Below are positions 12,791 through 26,477 of a stretch of 64,000 nucleotides of DNA, one piece after another. The translations under genes and the position numbers were made by a program. The DNA lies in assembly GCA_964016885.1 (NCBI GenBank), contig OZ024740.1, forward strand, positions 125,612,001-125,676,000, read 5' to 3'. The notes below the pieces were generated by a model. It saw only the letters and a list, made by a program, of their open reading frames with translations, was not told the DNA's origin and made no database searches. Numbering within the stretch: the stretch's first letter is position 1; every line of letters starts with the position of its first letter. This DNA is from Eledone cirrhosa (lineage: Eukaryota).

Positions 12791-13015
12791 TAAGTAAAGA
12801 CCACTTAGTTGATTATGGTTGATTATACAAAAGGATCAATAAATAATGGCTGTTTTGAAACCTCTTCAATTAAATATCAATTTAAATTTAAATTATGAAA
12901 AAAAAAACAAAAAACAAATGTACACACACTTACACTCACATGCACACAGACACATACATATATATATATACATACATAACCATGCACCCACACATACACA
13001 CACATATATGCATGC

Positions 13016-13047
<32 letters not shown>

Positions 13048-14009
13048 CCACATAAACAAAACCAAAACAAAATTATATAATAACTAACAATAATAATAAC
13101 AACAGCAACAACAACACAATCATTGCAAAACATAAATCTTCGCTGTAATAAAATAAAATTATGTTATGCAAATAGGTTTAATGTTAATGATTTTTTTTTT
13201 TTAATAAATTTTATCATACTTTTGTTTTGTTCCGTTATAATATTTTTGGTTATTTTTCTTCAATTATATCTCTAAAAGATAGAAAAATGTAATCCTCGAT
13301 AGAAATCGATTGACTAACAATCACCTCTAATGATTGCTTGAAAACTGAACAGAGAAATGCTCAACCTGCTAGAAATAGTAGCTAAATCTCAATCTAATTA
13401 TAGATTGCATTGTTACCATATTTTTAATGACATACACTGTATTTCAATTAATAAATAAATAATTTGGAAGGATTTTCTAAAAATTATTAAGTATTTCATT
13501 ATTAAGATAGTGTTTGTAAGATAATTTAATAAAATGCTTTTCTAGAAAATATGTCAAAAGTTTTAATTCAATAAGAATGCTTTAAAATGAACAATCTTGT
13601 TTCATAGAACCAGAGTTAGTTTTAGTCAGGTTTGCATCAAATATTTAAAAGAAGATCGAAGATTGCAAATTATTAGATATCAAAGCTAAAGATACATTAT
13701 TCCTGAAATAAAGATTGTATGGTCATGGCTATAATGCTTTTGAATATAGAGGGTAAATATAGGTTTAAACAACATTAACAACACTGTTACAATTTAAAGG
13801 ATATCATATTGAGTATTAGGACTGCAAATTGAGCAGAAATGAAAGAGTAATAGTTGAGTATCTAGTTTCAAATTTTCATAAACCAGCCGATATTGAAATC
13901 CTGGTGATGGCTCAGTTTGGCTTTCCATTATTCCAACAAAAACAGCAGTAAATGTTTTATGGCTATTTTCCTTTTAAAGTGAGGTTAGTTTAAGGTACCA
14001 AGGCAGTTT

Positions 14010-14177
14010 CATCATCAACATTATCATCGTTTAATGACCATTTTTCCATGCTAGCATGGGTTAAATGAGTTGTCCCATTGTAAGACAAGTCAAGTTACAT
14101 GACCATGTCTGCCTCACACAGAACTGTTTCTTGCTTGGCTTCTACAGCTGGAGGCTGTCCCTAATATCAATTGTATT
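14010..14177 (-). mobile_element. RTE 3' tail fragment
   Basis: CATCATC..CCATGCTAGCATGGGTT..TCTACAGCTGGA. Confidence 0.65.
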
Positions 14178-14900
14178 TACATGCTCCGCTGGATGTGTAA
14201 CAGTAATATACGTGAACGGCAAAGCATAAACGAACTAAGGAAAAAATTAGAAATAAGAGGGATCAGATGTTGTTTACTCGAGAGAAGGCTACGTTGGTAT
14301 GGACACGTGATGCGCATGAAAGTCGATAGCTGTATAACAAAGTGCAGGGCAATAAAGATAGACGGTAGCCACGGAATAGGCAGACCTAGAAAAACCTGGG
14401 ACGAGCTGATAAACTCCGACCTCACACACTTACACCTCTCCAAGACAATGTCACTGGACCGAGACCTTTGGTGGTACTCAGTAACAGAGAAGACCCGCCT
14501 TACCTAAATACATAGTAAAACCTACTACAGCCAGTAGGCATCTCTAACAAAATACCCCCCCGTCCCACCACCCCCACCCCATCCACACCACCCCGTACTA
14601 TGTAAAGTTATGTTGGTGCCACACCATCCAGGCCGAAACAAATGAGATCGTGTAGGTGTCACGACAAAAAAACACACAGTCCACGCTGTAATGTGGCCGT
14701 GTAGGTAACACGGTAAAAACCTCCCAGACCCACACTGTAAATGTGGTTGGTGTTAGGAAGGGCATCCAACTGTAGAAAACCTGCCAGACAGTCCTATGCG
14801 AGCAATACAATCACTCTTGCCTCAAGTGGGACTACCCCCGTCCAAATCCATGCAAGCGTGGAACACGGACGTTAAACGTTGATGATGATGATGATGATGA
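14178..14900 (+). mobile_element. RTE LINE 3' end (ORF2 C-terminus, 3'UTR, (GAT)n tail)
   Basis: MLRWMCNSNIRERQS..RRLRWYGHVMRM..GRPRKTWDELI..DRDLW; tail GGACGTTAAACGTT(GAT)n. Confidence 0.92.
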
Positions 14901-15185
14901 ACATGGGCTGGGGGCTTTTAATTGTAGCACCAAAATCACCAATTGACAGGTTGGACAGTGTGCTTTTGTCATTTCACTGACATAATCATTTTACAAGGTG
15001 GATTATGCACTTTTTGTCATGATACCAACATGACCAACCGTTTGAATTGGATGCTCTTTGGTGTCTCACCATCGACCACCTTACAGAGTGGATTGAGTGC
15101 TTTTTGTTGTGTCACAAGCATGACCACTTTACAGGGTGGACTGTGTGCTTTTTGTCATACCACTAGCATGACTACTTTACATAGT
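14901..15185 (-). repeat. ~48-bp minisatellite derived from the RTE 3'UTR
   Basis: About 5-6 units of ACCACTTTACAGGGTGGACTGTGTGCTTTTTGTCAT..CATG. Confidence 0.75.
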
Positions 15186-15319
15186 TTAATTGTTATGATT
15201 CACTTAAGTAGCTTCTCACCAACAATATTTTGGCAGGTGTATGAACTCCAGCATATAATTTGTAATTATTTTTTACTGTATCCTACATGTGACGGATCTA
15301 GTAAACAGAAATCCACTGT

Positions 15320-15507
15320 TGTGAATTGGCAGTATCGGTAGAGGGTTGGATGCCATGCTTTGACGTATAGAGTTACGGCCCTTGCCATTCTGAGTTCAAA
15401 TCCCGCTGAGTTTAACTTTGCCCTTCATCCTTACGGGGTCGATAAAATAAAGTACCAGTAATGCACTGGTAAATTGCTGGCCTTGTGCCAAAAGTAGAAA
15501 CAATTAT
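15320..15507 (+). mobile_element. SINE family 2 copy
   Basis: Matches the family pattern. Confidence 0.88.
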
Positions 15508-15839
15508 TTTATAATAGCTCTCTATTTGCTTCAATCTGTGTCCTTTGATGTGCATTGTAGGTACATTCTCTCTGTAGGGTAATTATTCAATTTAACTGAC
15601 AACTAGAGGTCAATGTGTCTATTCATGTCAAAAGTCCATTTAATTGAAGAGGGCATAAAATATATTTTTGTTTTTAATGTAAAAATAAACTTTAATAGAA
15701 CATGTATAATATACAATGGCTGACAGGATGGTGAAATTGCCCCAAGGGACACAGAGGGTATCATGTTGGAACAGCCACTCCACTGTGCAGGGCTCTTGTG
15801 AATGAAATTGGATAGATGGAAATTATTTGTAAGCCTGTT

Positions 15840-16015
15840 GAATGGACTGTGCCTATAATTCAATGGCCCAACCATGTCACATATTGTGTCACACAGAATC
15901 TCCTTAAGAATTGCATTAAGAGTACATGTGTCTGTAGAATGCTCAGCAACATGTAAATTTCACAAGCAAGCCTTTTTTTTAATCAAAAACCTGGAACATT
16001 CATCTTCAAAACTAA
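15840..16015 (+). mobile_element. Decayed dispersed repeat, probably a SINE 3' portion
   Basis: Partly matches the reverse complement of 3495-3605 (TTAA..GTACATGT.TGT..AAT.CTCA). Confidence 0.45.
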
Positions 16016-16169
16016 TATAGTTCTATTCTTATATAATTGTCTAAATTTAATTTAGTAAACTAACTCTTAATTAACTTGCCTCATCTTTGGAATATTTGTC
16101 TCATCTGATGCTCATTTATATATACTGATTGAATTTATTAACAGTTTTCAGTAGGTGTTTCAGCTTGGC

Positions 16170-16431
16170 ATGATACTTTGCATTACCATATATCTAATGA
16201 AGACACTGCCTATGATTTTTAATTAATTTTAACAGTATAAAAAATTTGGAGGGATTTATAATATTACTAACTTTCTGTCAATAGGCTGGGGCTTAGAATA
16301 TAACTTAAGAATATATTTGTACATAACATTATAATGAAAGGCTTAAATTTAAACATGAATACTTTAAAACAAATGTGTTTCCTTCAGAGAACCATAAGCA
16401 TTTTCAGGTAGCTTGATACTAAAATAGTTAA
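16170..16431. mobile_element. Old MITE-like repeat (TTAA-ended family)
   Basis: CATTACCATAT..TAATGA..ACACTGCCTATGATTTT block shared with 13405-13650 and 46413-46657; ends ..GTTAA. Confidence 0.55.
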
Positions 16432-17460
16432 GTCATCATCCAGATAGAAGAGATGGTGTAACATTTGTCTGCATTTATAGCTATCATATTTGTGGTTTAT
16501 CAAACATTTTTAATTGAGCGATTATTAAGCAGACGAACAAGGGAGATAATGAGACTCATCGAAATATTTCTCCATTATGAGTATACAGTTGATTTTTAGC
16601 AGCTTTTTTCCCCTAGCATATCACAGATCTGTAATTTCAGAACTGTCTGATTAAAAAAAAAAAGACCCAGGAACCCACAAATCAATTACTATGTTCCCCT
16701 CTTATAAACATACAGATGTTAATTTTGGTATTTCTACTAATTTGCTGAATTATTATCATCAGTATTATAATCATTATAGTAATTATTTTGATTCTTTTTT
16801 TTTTGTTATTGATTTAATTACAATTATAAAAACATATCACTATTATTGTTTTTGTTATCAGCATCATCACCCTCATCATGAAAGTCTTTAAAGATGTTTG
16901 GATTATTAACATGATTTAATGGATGTAATTATTTCATTATGGATTATTTTACAAACAGTTGATATTGGAAAGATGGTCTGTTTTAAACAACATTAAAACA
17001 TTAAAATGATGTTTTCTAACAGACAAATGGTCTGTTTACAACATGATTTTACTGTATTTATAAACATTTTCAATATAGCTTCCTCCTCAAGAGGAGCAAT
17101 GGGAGCTAGTGATGAGAAACGGAGTAGCACTGAATATATCACTTTAAAAGTAAACAGTTATTTAATATGTTAATGCAAGCACAATTTCAAAGAGAGATAA
17201 ACAGAACTTCAAACAAAATAAATGGTGAAAATTACAATAAAACAAACAAATACACTCTCATGTAAAAACGGTTACAATTTGTTATCTGAAAATGATAATC
17301 TGCACAACATATTAACTCCTTTGATAACAAACTGTCTGCAATCATCCCTAGTTCCATGATACAAAACTACTTGGTTTAATGAACTTATCTAAAATGCTTT
17401 CATCATAATTTTATAAAATAATTTTTGTTCTGCTCCAAACTCCAGATTATTAATAATAAT

Positions 17461-17649
17461 AATAATTGTTTCTACTTTTTGGCACAAGGCCAGCAATTAC
17501 CCAGTGCATTACTGGTACTTTATTTTATCGACCCCATAAGGATGAAAGGCAAAGTTAACCTCGGCGAGATTTGAACTCAGAATGGCAAGGGCCGTAACTC
17601 TATGCATCAAAGCATGGCGTCCGACCCTCTACCGATACTGCCAATCCAA
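17461..17649 (-). mobile_element. SINE family 2 copy inserted in an (AAT)n tract
   Basis: Full-length reverse complement; (AAT)n on both sides. Confidence 0.88.
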
Positions 17650-17879
17650 TAATAATAATAATAATGAATAATAATGACATTAATAATGTGGTAATTAATT
17701 ATATTACTTAATCTCTTATATTTTTGATTACTTAAAAATTATTTAAAATTCATAGGAAGTGTGCAAACATGAATTGTTAATTAATAAGAATTCTGGAAAA
17801 TTGTTGGTCTAAAAAAGAACAAAATCTAAGCACTGCTTGGATTGATTATAGAGAAACCTATGGCAGTGTATGACATGAA

Positions 17880-20330
17880 TAGATATTGGAAGCTCTAGAA
17901 ATTTACAAAATATCTCCCCTAATATCTAACTTTTTATGAGTTAGCATGACAAAATGGAGTATAAACCTCTTTTAAAACCATAACAACGGAGTCATAAAGT
18001 CAAATAAAATTAAAATTAATTGTGGAATAATCGAAAGCGAGGCTCTCACTTCTCCTTGTTTGCCTTTCTCTTTTTCAAGTATCAAGTGAACTCACCAACA
18101 TGAGATATGGGTATAAGATAAATAGCAAAATAATGAGATCATTAACCATTTGTTTTTTATGTATGATCTAGAATTCTATGCTAAAAACGACAGAGTTAGA
18201 AATACTTTTAACACCTATGAAGCAATTTACCAATAACATTGGCATGGAATTTGGCCTTGACAACTCAATATTTATACAACCATACAGGCAACTATAAATA
18301 TCTTGTCAAAAACGAGGAAATGGAATTAAACATAATCAAATGAAGGAGAAAATACGGAAATAATATTACAGAAGAGTAAGGCTGATCCTGAAAACTGAAC
18401 TAAATTCTAGAACCCATTTCCAGGCTATAAACAATTTAGCTGTATCAGTAATATGATACAGTTATGACATTGTCAATTGGAACTCAACTGATCTTCAAAG
18501 AATGGACTCCAAAACTTCAAAGCTCCTTAGAATCAACAAAATTCATCACTTCAAGACAGACGGAGATTGCCTATATTTGCCAAGACAAGAAAAAGGAAGA
18601 CGGCTAATCAAACTGGAAATGTCATGCAAAATAGCTACAATAGGCTTACAAAGAGCACTGATGAATAGATGATGGTGTTAGTAAGAGAACACGAAAACCA
18701 AAAGAAACTCCATTCAGTACCCAAAGAGACAAGAAAGTACAGACATCATCATCATCATCATCATCACCGTTTTACGTCCGTTCTTTCACGCTAGCATGGG
18801 TTAGACGGGTTGTCCTATTGTGGGCAGTGTCTGGTCGGCTGACCATGCCTTGCTCATACAGGAACTGATTTGGCTTGATTTCTACAGCTGGATGCCCTTC
18901 CTAACACCAACCTCATTTACAGTGAGTGCTGGGTGCTTTTTCGTGGCGCCTACACGTCCACTTTACAGTGTGGGCTGGGTGCTTTTTTTTGCCGTGGCAC
19001 CTCCACGTGGGGTGTGTGGAGGCATATTGTCTATATGCTTCAGCTTGTACCCATGGGAGGTCGGGTACTCTGTATTACTGCGTGACGCCAGAAGTCACGG
19101 TCGTGTGTCATTGTCTTTGAGAGGTGTAATTGGGTAAGGTCGGCTTTTATCACCTCATCCCAGGTCATCTTGGGTCTCCCCACTCTGCGGTTTCCATCAA
19201 CTTCTAGTGCTCTGCACCTTTTTATGCAGCTGTCATCCTTCATATGCATCACATGTCCATACCAGCGCAACCGCCTCTCCTGCACACAGCATTTGATTCC
19301 TCTTATGCTCAGTCTCTCTCTCAATTCACTTATGCTTTGTCGTTCACGTATATTACTGTTACACATCCATCGGAGCATGCAGGCTTCGTTTCTCTCTAAT
19401 CTCCATAAGTCTTCCACCTTCAGCGCCCAGGTCTCACTACCATGCAACATCGCTGTTCGGATACACGCATCATACAGTCTGCCTTTCATTCTGAGGGAGA
19501 AGCCTTTTGCAGCTAGCAGTGGTAGTAGTTCCCTAAACTTCTTCCATCCCATTCTTACTCTAGTTATTGTACTTTCTGAACACCCACCTCCGCTGCTAAT
19601 TCGGTCACCTAGGTAGCAGAAGCTGTCTACTGTTTCTACAGGGCCCTCCCAGAGATTGGTGGTACTTGTTTCCTGTGGCTGTTTGCTGCTTGCTGTCTCA
19701 GCACAGCTGCTGCATGTGAATCCTGCATGTGAATCCAAGACAAGAGATAAAAACTCAAAACATATACCTAAATAATGAAGTTGACCTAATTCCAACTAAC
19801 CCAGCACAAATCCACAGAAGCAAGTCTAGAAGGTCTAAAAAAGTTTAAAGAAAGATGGTAACAAAACCCTCTGCATAGCCAATTCCCACTTTGCACCAAA
19901 GATGCTGATGTAAATCAAGTCCAAACCCATCAGTGGTTACAAGGTTCAGGGCTAAAGGATGAAACAGAATGCTTTATCTTTGCTGCCCACGACTGGAGCC
20001 TATTTACTAGGAATTATCAGGCAAATATTCTCTGAAATGGAACAGATCCCACTGTTGGTGAAAACTGCCCTGATATTAAAGATTTAAAAATAACACCTAC
20101 TAACTCATTGGCATGACTGTACTATCTGATAGAAATGTGTCAGCAAAAGAGTATGAAAATCTGAAAAATTGAGATAAACAGAATGTGGTAGCTTAAAATA
20201 GAAACTATTCTGGTAGCTGTCATAAAGAAAATTGTTCAAAAGATTCTAGAAAACATACCTGGCAAATCTAGCAACTATGAAATCCAAAAGATAGTTCTAA
20301 GAAGTAACCCCCCATATATTTCATAACTTT
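17880..20330 (+). mobile_element. R4/Dong-like (RLE-type) non-LTR retrotransposon remnant, interrupted by an RTE
   Basis: YYRRVRLILKTELNS..AINNLAVSVI*YSYDIVNW..MDSKTSKLL..CLYLPRQEKGRRLI; then KPLHSQF..HQWLQGSGLKDETECFIFAAHDWSLFTRNY. Confidence 0.75.
18746..19737 (-). mobile_element. RTE LINE 3' third, 5' truncated, complete 3'UTR and (GAT)n tail
   Basis: VDSFCYLGD..WKKFRELLPLL..LRWYGHV..GRPKMTW; AGACA duplicated at 18741-18745 and 19738-19742. Confidence 0.93.
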
Positions 20331-22419
20331 TATCTTTGTAATATATGTCAGCTCACAATCTTTTCTTTTTAATTTTTAGTATAAATTTAATTGATATCTC
20401 ATACCATTCAAATATCCTGAATCCAAAATGAATTCATAAAATTTATATTCAATACTTCTTTGTATCTCCTCCTACTCCTGCTTGTTTGTATTTATTTTCC
20501 CAAGGTTTTGTTTTAAAATTTATTTACCTAACAACTTTTGTGATGTGACTTGTTAAAATGAATGTGATGACAGAAAAATATATGCAAAAAAAAAAAAAAG
20601 CTACCGACAACTGTCAAAATCAACGTTGCCTGCCTTAAGTATATCGTGTAGTCATTGCATATCAAGTGAAATCAAAGTAAAAAAAAAATATCTTCAATAT
20701 GTTATATAATGTCTTAACTGCTCACCTCTTTTCCACATATTTCCACATACTTGTAATGCAATTAACTGAAGGCATTTTTTATTGCATGAATGAATGAAAT
20801 CTGGCTGCAATAATAGATTTATTTTGATATTAATACTATTGTTGTTGTTAGACACCAGACTAAACAACTTGTAATATGTAGTTATGTTCCTTTATAATCT
20901 GGTTTCAATTGCCTCTAGGTTTGACTTTGTGTTTCAGCTGTCTCTTCAGTTGATAAAATAAGTATTTTATTTCGTCAGTAAGTTCACATATATATGTTTA
21001 ATAAACATAGATTTAGCTTTGTTGTGTAAATAGTCCCTGGATTTAAACCTTAGGGCCCCCTCTCTCTCTCCCTCTCTCTCTCTCTGATAAACTTGAGAAC
21101 ACATGATGTGCTACAACTCGTTTTCTGCCTCCAACCTTGTTGCTTAGGCTACAAACCGAGGATCTGCTGCCTGCCATGTAGACTGCTTCATTTTTGTATC
21201 AGTCTCCCTTGAGACCACTAGTGACCTTGGTCTCCATTCGACTCTTGTAAAATCAGAAAGACAGAGCCCCCCCCCCCCCCCCCCGTGAGGTTAGGTGACT
21301 GTAGCAGCAGGTGTCTCTGGCCATTCACCATTGTAATTCCTTCGCCATTTTGTCTGTGGAGCACAACTGAGGAATTGCTCAGATTGGAGTATAGTGTCTA
21401 TCCCTTCCCGTCTCCCTTTCTCATATTGCTTGTTTTTTTATTTTTCTTCTTTTCATTTCCTTTTTTTGTTCCCTTTGATAGTGTGGATTGTTTTTGTTTA
21501 AACAACTTTGCTTGTTTTTATTCTTTATGTTCAACTAAATTTGGCAACTTATTGTTCTGCTTGGGTTTTCGTGCAGAGTTTTTTGTTTTTTTTGTTTAAC
21601 CACAGGGTATTTTTACACAGAAAGACTGAGTGTATGCTTATCAAATACATATGTGACTTTATTCACAGTATATCGATAAGTTGCAGTCTATCTCCTGTTG
21701 CTTTAATCTATTCATCTGAAAATGAGTACCAGCTGTAGCAGGGGATTATTCACAGCTTTTTAGTGTCATAGCAACCCAGCATAAGTGTCGGCCCAAACAA
21801 CAACAACAATAACACTGCCACAATTTAAAAATACAATATCATACTGAGGACTTTAGCTGGAATGCCTTCAATCAAAAATCTTCTTTATCAGGGATGGCCT
21901 GGGGCTAAACACAATAGCAGCTACTTAAAAGTAATAAATATATAAAAACAATAAATAAACATTTGCAATACTATTATATAATAGAAGCATATAGCATCTA
22001 CCTTGTGCTCTGTAAAATAGGATCATCTGAGATTCAGATTTTGTTGCTGAAGTGTCAGTCGTGAACACTTCGATGTCCATGCTTGGTAGAACTTGGCACA
22101 GCTTGCAGGTTTGCTGTATGTACTTACACTTCCCCTCTCTGCACAAAACAGAGTAAATTAAATTACAAATTTGATAGTCAAGACCATTAAACTAGCTTCT
22201 GGCGAAAGCCAAAATTTCTTCACCGGACGTTGTATTATATTTGTGTTATTATATTATTATGGAAAACATTTCTTCTTAGCTCTGTTGGAATGTGTCCAGT
22301 TGATAGGATGGTTCCCACATTCATAGATTTTGTTATAGTTACGAAACATCAGCTCTAGCTTCTTGTCCCCCTTCCCCAACCAGTCTCACACCAGTGTATA
22401 GATGTCAAATTTAATAGAA

Positions 22420-23150
22420 AATGATTGCTTACGACACTGATATTAATAATGGTGGCAGTGGTGATAGTGGTGGCAGTTGTTATAATAGTTGCAATGATCT
22501 TGTTGATGAATATGATGATGATGAGCTGTTGATGTTGACAATTAGAATGATGGTGGGGAAGGTGATGAGGAAATTATTGGTTGTTATGAGATCACCGACA
22601 GAAATGTTGGTGGTAAGGTTAATAAAGATTGTGATGATGGTGTTGGTGAAATGGTTTGTAGTAAGAGAAACAACAAACAACAACAATAAATATAATAAGC
22701 AGAGATGGTGGTGGTGAGAGAATGAAGATGATGAAGAGAATGATGAGGAGTAAAAAAGGATGGTGAAGTTAGTTGTAGGGTAGTGGGAGAATCTGGAAGA
22801 TGATGAAGAATATGACGACAGTAATTAGTAGATTTTATGGTACCGAAGGTGGTTTTGGTGGTGTTTGGCTGGATAATGATAGTGGTGCTGCCAAGAATAC
22901 TATAACCGAGAATAGCAACAACAATGATAATAACAATAATAATAGTGCCTGTGCTAAGATGATGGTTGTAATATTGCTGCTGCTACAGATGATGATGTTT
23001 GCTGTAAGCAGTTGTGTGTAAGTTTGAAAATATTGATGCTGGTTATGATATTCATGATGATGATGGTCGCAATTGCTTTGTTGTTGTTGTTATTACTATT
23101 ATTACTGTTGTTATTATTATCATTATCTTCTGGCTGTAAATATGCCAAAG
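22420..23150. repeat. Decayed trinucleotide repeats (GAT/GGT/AAT/TTG)
   Basis: Direct inspection. Confidence 0.8.
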
Positions 23151-23734
23151 TTATTCTCTTCAGGGTATTGTTTATCAATTTATTAAAAGTAAACAAATCT
23201 GAACTGAGAAGAACTTGAAGAATAAAGAACTAGAACAAGAATAAAAGTCTATCGTGATTGATACCAGTAATTGAGGAGTGGTTCTGACCCTCTGTCTTGT
23301 GTAAGAAGGTGAGAATGTTGTTTTACTTCAATTTTAGGATAGTAAATAATGAATAAATGGAAATAAAGTTATGATATAAGGCTTGATATGGTGAGTGAGA
23401 GGAGGGCCTTGAGAAAAAGTGTGGTCAGTGTGATATAAATGAAGAGGAGGAGAAGCAAAATTCATAGGGGGATTATAGAATGATCCAGGCAGAAGGTGTG
23501 AAATACGGATAAGCAAATAGAGTAGGATTCAGGGAACAAGCATGATCAGTTAAGTGCATACACAGTTACATAACATAGTGACATATGCAAACAAGTGTAT
23601 ATAAAAGTAGGCACACTCATACATATATGTCTATACACCTGCAATGCTTTGCTTTCATGATATAGATCTAGAATTATAATCCTCTTTTCCCATTACTGCT
23701 TCTCTCTGGCTGGCTGTGGACACAACAATCATCT

Positions 23735-24106
23735 TAGTGCTGGTTTCATGATAAAATGTGCCTAGTGCACTCTGTTACTGGTAGTGCTGATAAAATGCAC
23801 CCAGTACACTCTTTAAAATGATTTTTTGATGTCATGAGGAAATACACAAGGACGCTCTAGAAAGTGGTTGTTTTTGTACAATGATAACATGAACCCTGTA
23901 CTCTCTGTAAAGTAGTAGTGCTGGTGCCAAAGTAAAATGCACCCAGTACATGCTGTAAAGTGGTTAGATTTTGGAAGGGCATCCAGCTACAGAGGAATGT
24001 ATGACCAAGACATGGTTATCTGATTTGTCTAGTCACAGTACCATGATAACACATTCAACCTATGCCAGTATGGAAAATGGATGTAAAAAGGTGATGATGA
24101 TGATGT
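23735..24106 (+). mobile_element. RTE tail with expanded 3'UTR minisatellite
   Basis: Repeated AAATGCACCCAGTACAC..TGTAAAGTGG, then GGAAGGGCATCCAGCT and a (GAT)n end. Confidence 0.7.
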
Positions 24107-25104
24107 TCTTAACTGAAAGACAAGAGGACCAGAAGGCAGTGATGATAAGTTTAGCAAGGGCATGGGGTCGATGGTAAAATTACTTGTAAAAGACCACTGA
24201 GGCACATCTATAGATCAGAGGTTCCTGGGTTGAAGAGTATGCAGATATATTCCTTTGATCTATAATGTTTGAGAACAGGTCCTACTGTCTGTTGGTTAGT
24301 AGAATGTGTGGATGAGTTAAAGAGACAGAAAACTGATTTGAAAATTCACTGGGTAAGATACTAGATACTAGGTAAGATGTGCAATAGTGATAATTTATTT
24401 TTGGATGATATCAATAAGCAGTGTGATAAAAATATATTTAATTCAGCACAAAGAGAAAATTAATATTTTTGGCATCTTGTCATCTTGGCTGGCATTTGGT
24501 TCATCCTCAATACATATAATGTAGAATATTATCATAATGATAATGATAATGATGGAAATGTTGGTAATGATAGTGATAATTGTTTCTACTTTAGGCACAA
24601 GGCCAGCAATTTCCCAGTACATTACTGGTACTTTATGATAGTGATAATGACAGTAAGAATGATTTATTTGAGCAAAAAGATGATAGTAAAGAGGTGTATA
24701 TTTGTTATTATTAATATTTTTAGATGGTATATAAATTAGAATTCTAGACTTGAAGTATTTAACAGTGTTCTTTTCAAATCTGATTTCAATTCCCTCTAAG
24801 GTCAATTTTCTGCTTGATTTTACCATGACACATAAAATGTGCACCAGTAAAATACTTTGGCTTATATATTTAAGAACAATTATAATACAATTATAATTAG
24901 TATATAGGCATACCATTAGGGTGATGACATATATGTGTGTTTATGCTACAGAAACCATGAAAAAATGGAATGTATTTGAATGAAATGTAGTTACCTGACC
25001 CATCAAGGAAGAGGCTAGATCAAAATAAGTACTGACTTAGTCTGTAACAATCCAAACTCATGCCAATACAAAAGAATTTACTTAAAATGATGATATATAT
25101 ATAT

Positions 25105-25611
25105 ATATATATTGAGTTAAGAACTCAGGGTAGTCCCTTACAATTAAATAGCTCTAAGAAAAAAGCTTTTCCGAGCTGTACAATATAATTGAATAAACAA
25201 GAGAGATGAACACTAATATACATGTGTTCGAATCGTAAGGACCAAAATTTTCTAGGGTGAAAAAATACTAACTACAGCAATATAGTTTGTTATCCTTAAC
25301 TTTAAATATTAGATTAAGAAAAATAAAGAAAAATAACAGACCTATATTGGGCAAAAATGCCTGGTAACAACTAGACAGTGTTGGAGACTGTTTCGTAACG
25401 ACTTATTAAGTGAAGTTCTCACGTTTCTCTGCTCCTCAGTAGTTGTTGAGAAATTAGTGATCCTTTCACTTCTAAATATAATTAGAGAATGAATTGTGTA
25501 CGATATGAATTATTGCATGCATCATTCGGAACCCAGCTTGTCTCGAACAAATATATATTGAGCCGACAAATATATATTGAGTTAAGAACTCAGGGTAGTC
25601 CCTTACAATTA
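25105..25611 (-). mobile_element. HHR-containing non-coding element (retrozyme-like), 465-bp unit with terminal direct repeat, in (TA)n
   Basis: TTGAGTTAAGAACTCAGGGTAGTCCCTTACAATTA starts at 25112 and 25577; TA tracts on both sides; internal HHR. Confidence 0.75.
25366..25447 (-). ncRNA. Type I hammerhead ribozyme, intact core
   Basis: Minus: aacaacta CTGAGGA g..c GAAAC agt ctccaac act GTC tagttgtt; 8-bp stem I, 5-bp stem III, GUC site. Confidence 0.85.
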
Positions 25612-25835
25612 TATATATATATATATACATGTATCTCCCCCCTCTATTTATATATATATATAACAATCCCTGTTCTCTTCACCAGCTAAGTGCCATACTA
25701 TAGGCATTCCCCTCAAATCTCCTTCCTGCAAACAAACACTAAAACTGCCCCCAAGTCCCTACCTTCCACATCTGATACACCTTGCTTGTTTAAGCATGGA
25801 AAGCTGGACATGCTCTTCCACAATGCTGCTGAAAT

Positions 25836-26385
25836 GGCTAAAAGCTCTTAGTCCACCCAGTAAGGTGGTCATGTTGGAAACACAACAAAAGTCCACCGTA
25901 TAAGGGGTCATGCAGGTGACATGTCAAAACAGCGCCTAGTCCACCCTGTAAAGTGGTCATGCTGCTGACATGACAAATAAGCATCCAGTCCACCCTGCAA
26001 AGTGGTTGTTTGGTGGCACAATGGAAACGTCTACTGTCCAACCCGTTAATTGGTCATTATGGTGATATGATAACCCACTGAGGTTAACTTTGCCTTTCAT
26101 CCTTACGGGGTCGATAAAATAAAGTACACTGGGATAATTGCTGGCCTTGTGCCAAAAGTAGAAACAATTATGGTGATATGATAAAACACACTTAGTACAC
26201 TCTGTAAATATGGTTGACATTAGGAAGGTCATCCAGACATAGAAACCTAACCAGAAACAGTTTTGTATGAGCAAGACACAGACATCTGATCTGACATGTC
26301 TAACAATGGGTCAACTCGTCTAACCCATGTTAGAATTGATGATGGTTGTTAAACAGTAATGATGATGATGATGATGATGATGATA
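25836..26385 (+). mobile_element. RTE tail with 3'UTR minisatellite, containing a partial SINE family 2 copy (26075-26170)
   Basis: Repeated AGTCCACCCTGTAAAGTGGTCATG units, then TAGGAAGGTCATCCAG and (GAT)n. Confidence 0.7.
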
Positions 26386-26477
26386 AGGAGGAGGAGGATG
26401 TGTGTGTGGTGTGTGTAAACAGCTCAACAATAAGAGAAAAGAGCATTACAAGTAGTTAATAGAACATTTGGCAACAT

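Noticed and set aside
14901-15185. CRISPR-like periodic repeats
   Set aside because: Eukaryotic context, no unique spacers, no cas genes; the units derive from the RTE 3'UTR
21340-21400. CAACTGAGGA as a possible hammerhead core
   Set aside because: No downstream GAAA or closing stems
22002-22138. Possible 137-nt minus-strand exon (tgtgcag|..AAG|gtagat; EGKCKYIQQTCKLCQVLPSMDIEVF..)
   Set aside because: Splice signals are plausible, but I recognise no homology or partner exons; needs RNA-seq
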